NCBI RefSeq assembly: GCF_000018105.1
Contig: NC_009925.1
Span: forward strand, 4,950,001-4,982,000
Source of the DNA: Acaryochloris marina MBIC11017
GTDB taxonomy: Bacteria; Cyanobacteriota; Cyanobacteriia; Thermosynechococcales; Thermosynechococcaceae
DNA length: 32,000 nucleotides
Reading direction: 5' to 3'
Part shown: one piece after another, positions 26,722-32,000 of the stretch
Position numbering within the stretch: position 1 is the first letter of the stretch
Layout of the letters: each line of letters opens with the position of its first letter
Made by a program: the position numbers and the translations under genes
The notes under the pieces: model-generated
Seen by the model: only the letters and a program-made list of their open reading frames with translations
What the model was told of the DNA's origin: nothing
Database searches by the model: none

Positions 26722-26931
26722 AGTAGAAGTTCAATTAGCAGACCTATCAGGTAGTTTTGTGAATTTAAGCTTAATCACTATCGCAGTCTCCTGAGATATC
26801 AGTGCGATTGCCACCCTCAACAGCAATTATGATATCTCCCCTGGAGTATGCCGTTAAGGCTCAATGATTAACCAACCCAAAAGATAATCCCACTACAGGT
26901 TAATCTGATTGGGTATGAATTTGATGGATTG

Positions 26932-27147
26932 ATGAGCCTGCTGCACCGTCCCTATTTTTGGTTTTTCTCGTTTACCATTCTGTTTTTGCTATCCCTCGAT
27001 TTTTGGCGATGGGATCAAAGGATATCCCTTGCTTTATTTCAGTTACCGAGCTGGCTGTTTTACTTTGTGATCTTGCAAGGGGGGCTAGTTCTGGCTGTAG
27101 CAGGGATCTCTTCTACCCTGTGGCAAAAGACAGAGAGGGACCAGTAG
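26932..27147 (+). CDS. Small two-TM protein upstream of the SSS transporter (DUF3311-like putative small subunit)
   Basis: 71 aa with two hydrophobic helices. The stop lies 3 nt before the transporter ATG. The family assignment is from memory. Confidence 0.6.
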   Translation: MSLLHRPYFWFFSFTILFLLSLDFWRWDQRISLALFQLPSWLFYFVILQGGLVLAVAGISSTLWQKTERDQ

Positions 27148-27150
27148 GCC

Positions 27151-28632
27151 ATGGAAACACTGATTCCCTATATTGCCATTGCAACCTACTTGCTCGTTAC
27201 CCTAGGCATCGGCCTGATCGGGTATCGCCAACAAAAGAACACCGTCGAAGATTTCTTCTTGGCCAACCGCAATATTGGCCCCATCCTTCTCTTTTTTACC
27301 CTGGCCTCCACCAACTTCAGCGCCTTCTTTTTCCTGGGATTTGCTGGAGCAGGCTATCGCATTGGCATTAGCTACTATCCAATGATGGCCTTTGGCACTG
27401 GGTTTGCCGCCCTCAGCTTCTACTACATTGGCTACAAAGCCTGGTTGCTAGGTAAACAGAAAGGCTTGATTACCCCCTCGGAACTGATTCAAGATCGCCT
27501 GCCTAGTCAGCCTCTCAAGCTCCTGTTTATGGCCGTAATGGTCATTTTTACCTTGCCCTATCTCACCCTCCAACCCATTGGAGCCGGATATCTCCTCGAA
27601 AGCTTAACGGGCGGAGCCATTCCCTATCTTTGGGGAGCTACCTTATTGACCGTGGCCATCGTCTTCTACGTTTTTTTGGGCGGGATGAAGAGTGTGGCCC
27701 TGACGGATGTGCTGCAAGGGGTGCTGATGTGTGTGCTGATGTTGGTGGCCGTGTTTGCCATTGCCCAAGGCTTAGGAGGCTTCTCTGTTGCCAACCAAAC
27801 CATCTACGACCTCAAACCTGCGCTATTTTCGCGAAGTGGCTTAGATCAGTCCTTCACCCCCAAGACTTGGTTTAGCTACATGTGCCTGTGGTCCTTTACC
27901 CTGCCCATGTTTCCGCAGATGTTTATGCGGTTTTACAGCGCGAAAAGCCCTCAGCCCTTAAAGATCTCGGTCTTGCTCTATCCGATAGTGGCCGGAGTTC
28001 TGTTTATTTGCCCGGTGCTGATTGGCGTTTGGGGACATATTGCTTTCCCGGACTTAGTAGGCAAAGCTGCAGATCAGATTTTCCCAATGATGCTGACGAA
28101 ATACACATCTACTGGGCTATCTTCCCTGGTGATGGTGGGGGCATTGGCAGCCTTTATGTCCACGATGGACTCGCAACTCCTGGCCTTAAGTTCCATGCTG
28201 ACACGCGATGTCTATACCGCCTACTTTCGCAAAGACGCCTCTTTAACGGAACAGACGCTGGTCGGTCGGATTTGGGTGATTGTTTTAGCTGGCATCGGCT
28301 TAGGGATTGCAGCCAACCCCCCAGAGACCATTTTGGCCTTTGCAACCCAAGCCTTCACTGGATTATCGGTGCTGTTCCCCACTGTAATTGCGGCTTTGTA
28401 TGGCCGCAACATCAGGGCTTCAAGCTGTCTCGTTTCCATTGTCGTGGGTGAGTTAGCGGTATTAGGCGTTCAGACCAAAATCATTCCCACTAGCTGGATG
28501 CTGGGCTTTTTACCCGTTGTCCCCATCGTGGCTCTATCGGCCTTGATCATCATCTTGGGGTCCGTCTTTTCCTCAAACCCGGTACAGCAGTCGAGCGACA
28601 ATCACTACAGACCATCAGAAAAAACCTATTGA
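27151..28632 (+). CDS. Sodium:solute symporter (SSS) family transporter
   Basis: 493 aa with about 13 TM helices. Typical SSS N-terminal region DFFLANRNIGP...STNFSAFFFLGFAGAGY. Confidence 0.9.
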   Translation: METLIPYIAIATYLLVTLGIGLIGYRQQKNTVEDFFLANRNIGPILLFFTLASTNFSAFFFLGFAGAGYRIGISYYPMMAFGTGFAALSFYYIGYKAWLLGKQKGLITPSELIQDRLPSQPLKLLFMAVMVIFTLPYLTLQPIGAGYLLESLTGGAIPYLWGATLLTVAIVFYVFLGGMKSVALTDVLQGVLMCVLMLVAVFAIAQGLGGFSVANQTIYDLKPALFSRSGLDQSFTPKTWFSYMCLWSFTLPMFPQMFMRFYSAKSPQPLKISVLLYPIVAGVLFICPVLIGVWGHIAFPDLVGKAADQIFPMMLTKYTSTGLSSLVMVGALAAFMSTMDSQLLALSSMLTRDVYTAYFRKDASLTEQTLVGRIWVIVLAGIGLGIAANPPETILAFATQAFTGLSVLFPTVIAALYGRNIRASSCLVSIVVGELAVLGVQTKIIPTSWMLGFLPVVPIVALSALIIILGSVFSSNPVQQSSDNHYRPSEKTY

Positions 28633-28647
28633 GAAAGAGGCAGGGCC

Positions 28648-29511
28648 ATGCAGGTTGGATTTATCGGTACAGGATTGATGGGGGCTCCGATGGCGGCCCG
28701 GCTAGTGGAAGTGGGGCATTCCGTTATGGCCTACAATCGCACGGCTTCTAAAGTAGAGCCATTAAGAGGATTAGGCGTTGCGATCACACCCTCCCCCACC
28801 CAAGTTATTCAATCTGCAGACGTCATCATTCTGATGCTTACTAATGCTGCTGCTATTCAGGAACTGTTGACGCCCACGGCATCGGCCCTATCAGGACGGA
28901 CCATTATTCAAATGGGCACCATTGCCCCCGCTGAAAGCAAAGCCATTCACGAACAGGTCCAAGCAGTCGGTGGCACCTACCTAGAAGCTCCAGTATTAGG
29001 CAGCATCCCCGAATCTAAAGCCGGAACGTTACTGGTGATGGCGGGAGCTGCCCCCCAAGATTTTGAAAATCAACTTCCCCTCCTCAAAGCCTTTGGCCCC
29101 GATCCTTTATTAGTCGGTCCGGTGGGCACCGCCGCTGCCCTTAAGCTCGCCCTCAACCAGTTGATTGGCGGACTGACCACGGCTTTTGCCACTAGCCTAT
29201 CCTTCTGCCAAACCTATGGCGTCGAAGTTGAGACCTTTATGCAGATCCTTAGAAACAGTGCTCTCTACGCTCCCACCTTCGATAAAAAACTGACCCGAAT
29301 GTTAGACCAAAATTTCGAGAATCCCAATTTCCCCACCAAACACCTGCTCAAAGACATGACCTTATTTCAGCAAGCTGCCCAAGCCGAAGGACTGCCTACC
29401 GAAAATACTGAAGCAATTCAAACCATAATCCAAAGGGCAATGGCTCAATTTGCAAATGCGGATTATTCAGCCCTCTACACAGCAGTGCAGAAGGCTGAGC
29501 CCAATGGGTGA
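28648..29511 (+). CDS. NAD(P)-dependent beta-hydroxyacid dehydrogenase (HIBADH / 6PGDH-like family)
   Basis: The Rossmann motif VGFIGTGLMGAPMA and the family segment AAALKLALNQLIGG. It begins 15 nt after the transporter stop. Confidence 0.85.
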   Translation: MQVGFIGTGLMGAPMAARLVEVGHSVMAYNRTASKVEPLRGLGVAITPSPTQVIQSADVIILMLTNAAAIQELLTPTASALSGRTIIQMGTIAPAESKAIHEQVQAVGGTYLEAPVLGSIPESKAGTLLVMAGAAPQDFENQLPLLKAFGPDPLLVGPVGTAAALKLALNQLIGGLTTAFATSLSFCQTYGVEVETFMQILRNSALYAPTFDKKLTRMLDQNFENPNFPTKHLLKDMTLFQQAAQAEGLPTENTEAIQTIIQRAMAQFANADYSALYTAVQKAEPNG

Positions 29512-29527
29512 TTTGCTGCTAGAGAAA

Positions 29528-29818
29528 TTAGCCAAACCGATAATGCTTGCGCACAGCACTTTGAATGGTCCAAGTACAAGACATGCCCGCCGGGAACGTC
29601 ACCAAATCCCCTTTGCCCATCATTACGGGTTCACCGCCATCAGGGGTGACCACCACTTCGCCCTGTAAGAAATAGCAGGTTTCAGACTCATCATAGGTCC
29701 AAGGAAATTCTGATTCTTCTTTGGACCAAATCGGCCAGTTCAGGACCCGCAAATCTTGTAGGCGATCCACACTAGGCTGATGTTCGACCTGAATTTGAGT
29801 CTGTTGCTCCGTATTCAT
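29528..29818 (-). CDS. Small cupin protein (DUF861 / cupin_3-like)
   Basis: WPIWSKEESEFPWTYDESETCYFLQGEVVVTPDGGEPVMMGKGDLVTFPAGMSCTWTIQSAVRKHY matches the DUF861 pattern from memory. Confidence 0.7.
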   Translation of the reverse strand: MNTEQQTQIQVEHQPSVDRLQDLRVLNWPIWSKEESEFPWTYDESETCYFLQGEVVVTPDGGEPVMMGKGDLVTFPAGMSCTWTIQSAVRKHYRFG

Positions 29819-29890
29819 TTGGAATTCCCTTTAAACTTCTCACTAAAGCAGCTTAACATTCTGATTTAGTCAGATAGGCCAGTCCCTTTC

Positions 29891-31120
29891 CTAAATCAGC
29901 CCAAGCGGAGTCTGGGGAGAATATCCAGGGAAAATTTGGTTGAGGTGCTTTGATTCAATACCCATTCCTTTGGTGAGCAACGGTGCGATCGCATCTCTAA
30001 AATCCGTCGTAATTTCTAGGTCTCGTCCTTGATAGCGCTGGGATTCAGCTAACCCTGGCCACTCCCCATAAACCTTGCCCCCTTGAATCTGTCCACCCAA
30101 CACCCAAAGGACATTGCCATGGCCATGATCCGTACCGCCATTGCCATTTTCAGCTACCGTGCGGCCAAACTCAGACATCACCACAATTGTCGTGTCATCA
30201 AAGGTTTTGCCCAGGTCTGCTTTGATTTGATTCAATCCCTGCCCCAAGGGTTTAAGCAACCGCGCTAGACGACCTTGGGAGGACCCTTGATTGATATGGG
30301 TATCCCAGCCTCCTAGAGAGACAAAGGCAATTTGGGTTTCGGCATCTCCACTCAACAGTTGAGCAATCCGACGACCATTCGTCTTCAGACTAGATGGCCC
30401 CGGTGCTCCCCTGGACGCTTTCATCATTTCTGTATTGAGTTCAGCTTTGAGGATCTCCCTCGCTTCTAAGCCTTCCTGATAGGCACGACTCAGATTGGTA
30501 GCGCCTTCATACAGGCGATCAAATGCAGATTGAATTGGCGGTCGATCCAAAGGCAAAGGCCGGATGGCCTGCCGTCCAAAGGCTAGGTTCGCCACCGACT
30601 TAGACCCCGACAAAATTAAGGGCGTCTGATTGCCCAGATTAAGGGCTTGGGTGGGGCGGCCTGCGGGTAAGTGAGCTAATACTCGATTTAACCAGCCATC
30701 TCCCTGTTTTTTATTCCCCGGTGTTCCCAGCTCCATATAATCCTGAGCATCAAAGTGGGAACGGGTTGGATCCGGCGATCCACAAGCATGGACAAAGGCT
30801 AACTGCCTCGATTTCCACAAAGGCATCAGATCTGCTAAAGCTGGATGCAAGCCAAACTGTCCATCTAAATCAATGGCCCCTCTCGCTTCGCCAGGTTTGG
30901 CGATGGCTAAGGTCGGTCGCGCATCGTAATAACCTGACTCTCGGTAGGGAACGACCACATTCAGGCCATCTACTGCTCCCCGCAAGAGAATCACAATTAG
31001 TTTGGGTTGACGCCCAGAGAAGCTTTGGGAATAAACGGGTTGCTTCCCTAACCAACCCAACCCCATCGCGGTCACACCTGAGGCAGCTGCATACTGTAAA
31101 AATTGTCGCCGTCTCATCAT
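29891..31120 (-). CDS. DUF1501 family protein (sulfatase/alkaline-phosphatase-like fold) with a twin-arginine signal
   Basis: MMRRRQFLQYAAASGVTAMGL is a Tat-type leader. The C-terminal SEFGRT...NGNGGTDHGHGN is the DUF1501 signature. I prefer the ATG at 31120 over the TTG at 31144. Confidence 0.8.
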   Translation of the reverse strand: MMRRRQFLQYAAASGVTAMGLGWLGKQPVYSQSFSGRQPKLIVILLRGAVDGLNVVVPYRESGYYDARPTLAIAKPGEARGAIDLDGQFGLHPALADLMPLWKSRQLAFVHACGSPDPTRSHFDAQDYMELGTPGNKKQGDGWLNRVLAHLPAGRPTQALNLGNQTPLILSGSKSVANLAFGRQAIRPLPLDRPPIQSAFDRLYEGATNLSRAYQEGLEAREILKAELNTEMMKASRGAPGPSSLKTNGRRIAQLLSGDAETQIAFVSLGGWDTHINQGSSQGRLARLLKPLGQGLNQIKADLGKTFDDTTIVVMSEFGRTVAENGNGGTDHGHGNVLWVLGGQIQGGKVYGEWPGLAESQRYQGRDLEITTDFRDAIAPLLTKGMGIESKHLNQIFPGYSPQTPLGLI

Positions 31121-31161
31121 TATTTCTATTCTCAGGGTTGTCAATTCGTTCAGGAATCGGT

Positions 31162-32000
31162 TTAGCGATACATCATTTCAGGGCTGCCCAGCATCAATGC
31201 CGCCCGTAAATTTCGCGGACTGTTATCAATCACAGCTTTCGTTTGAGCAGAAAACCGATCTCCTAAGGTTTGCTCTAATTGGTCTGGTGGCACAGGTGTC
31301 TTTTGTCGGCCATAGCCCCGGGCAAACGCGGTCGCTAAACTGATTCGGCGAATGGTGGTATCCGGATTGAGCCAAGCCGCTTCAGTGTTGGCATACCCAT
31401 TAGGGGGTTGGCATTCATACAGGGGCATACTGAACTGCCGTAGCGCTCTAGCCACCAAGAGAGGTTTCACCGTGGGACGCCCCGTGGCTCTCGCCACTGA
31501 AATCAGATATTCATAAGGGGTTTTAAATTTCTGTCCATAGTACCGAGGCTCTCTAAACTCAGGACTCTCAAATAAGGTTTCTAACACTGATCGAATATTG
31601 CCATCGGTTGCTAGGAATCGTTGAGCCAGACGATCTACTAAAGCTGGGGGAGGTGTATCCGCCACAAAATACTGGGCTAACTTATAGCTTATATGTTGGG
31701 CAGTGGCTGGATGGGTCGCCAATATATCTAGCAGTTCTTCCCCTTCTGCCATTCCTTGCCCCTGAATGGGTTGTCCCAGAAACGTTTTACGGCTATTGTC
31801 ATGGCGTCTAGCATCAAAGACAAAGGCCTGTTTAGCTTGTAATCTCTGGCGGCCTCGGGGTAACCCCCACCCGGTTAATACTTTCGCGGCTGACACCACA
31901 TCAGCCTGGGAATAGCCACCCTTAACCCCCATTGTGTGGAGTTCCAGCAACTCCCGGGCATAATTCTCGTTTAATCCCTTAAACCGACCTCGGGCTCCAG
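31162..32000 (-). CDS. DUF1800 family protein, C-terminal part (gene continues beyond the window end)
   Basis: The frame stays open through base 32000 and reads ...NENYARELLELHTMGVKGGYSQADVVSAAKVLTGW, the DUF1800 core as I remember it. It is paired with DUF1501 immediately downstream. Confidence 0.7.
   Translation of the reverse strand, partial: GARGRFKGLNENYARELLELHTMGVKGGYSQADVVSAAKVLTGWGLPRGRQRLQAKQAFVFDARRHDNSRKTFLGQPIQGQGMAEGEELLDILATHPATAQHISYKLAQYFVADTPPPALVDRLAQRFLATDGNIRSVLETLFESPEFREPRYYGQKFKTPYEYLISVARATGRPTVKPLLVARALRQFSMPLYECQPPNGYANTEAAWLNPDTTIRRISLATAFARGYGRQKTPVPPDQLEQTLGDRFSAQTKAVIDNSPRNLRAALMLGSPEMMYR

Larger units (their letters stand above)
24745..26781 (+). repeat. Tandem duplication: copy 1 at about 24745-25659 and copy 2 at about 25862-26781 (offset 1117 nt), separated by about 200 nt of unique sequence
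   Basis: Nucleotide similarity starts within the last 14 nt of the RHH gene and extends about 60 nt past each stop codon. It includes a 58-nt identical run (24880-24937 = 25997-26054). Confidence 0.8.

Noticed and set aside
24745-26781. The 1.1-kb tandem repeat as a CRISPR array, an IS element or an assembly artefact
   Set aside because: There are only two copies, about 0.9 kb each, both protein-coding and about 25% diverged. I see no short repeat-spacer periodicity, no terminal inverted repeats and no transposase. The level of divergence argues against a collapsed or duplicated assembly.
27630-28451. 81-aa and 189-aa ORFs in alternative frames of the SSS transporter gene
   Set aside because: These are shadow ORFs with Arg/Cys/Gly-rich, non-protein-like composition. 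The transporter frame is unambiguous.
15881-29984. Gaps in HIP1 (GCGATCGC) occurrence (15881-21642 and 23741-29984) as evidence that these regions are foreign
   Set aside because: With only about 10 sites in 32 kb, a 6-kb gap is not statistically unusual. The second gap also covers clearly core-like GC-rich genes (the SSS transporter and the dehydrogenase). My count was by eye and may be incomplete.
1-32000. Known defence or mobile systems: restriction-modification, CBASS, retrons, a toxin-antitoxin pair with a recognisable toxin, a prophage or an integrative element
   Set aside because: I could not recognise any reverse transcriptase, nuclease, cyclase, integrase, transposase, phage structural gene or tRNA attachment site in any frame. 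The only candidates are the unrecognised modules listed under findings.

Overview
The window looks like a cyanobacterial chromosome segment. It carries at least ten HIP1 octamers (GCGATCGC), found by eye at about 45, 6188, 7704, 11712, 15746, 15873, 21643, 22844, 23733 and 29985. It also carries photosynthesis and plastid-type genes: chlI, prk, ftsH, a high-light-inducible protein, NTRC and solanesyl-diphosphate synthase. I support about 40 protein-coding genes, mostly core housekeeping. I found no rRNA, tRNA, CRISPR array, transposase or integrase. All family names come from motif recognition by eye and memory; no database search was run. Two visibly AT-richer patches break up the core genes. 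The first (about 17.3-20.9 kb) is a same-strand run of small orphan genes around a translationally coupled pair: a blasticidin-S-deaminase-like cytidine deaminase and an AlkB-like dioxygenase. That run also holds a SAM methyltransferase and a frameshifted small gene. The second (about 24.4-26.8 kb) is a ribbon-helix-helix gene followed directly by two tandem, diverged copies (about 74% aa identity) of an unrecognised two-TM protein. Each copy looks like an internal duplication of a TM helix plus a beta-rich module. This second patch is my best candidate for an undescribed system, but its function is purely inferred. On the regulatory side, a 52-aa HLIP gene falls below the ORF-track cutoff. 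Three HLR1-type (RpaB-type) direct repeats sit upstream of hli, ftsH (a perfect consensus match inside a well-formed promoter) and the sds gene. Other points are an ExbD with a TonB-like proline-rich tail, a small-subunit/SSS-transporter/dehydrogenase operon, and a Tat-signal DUF1501/DUF1800 pair.
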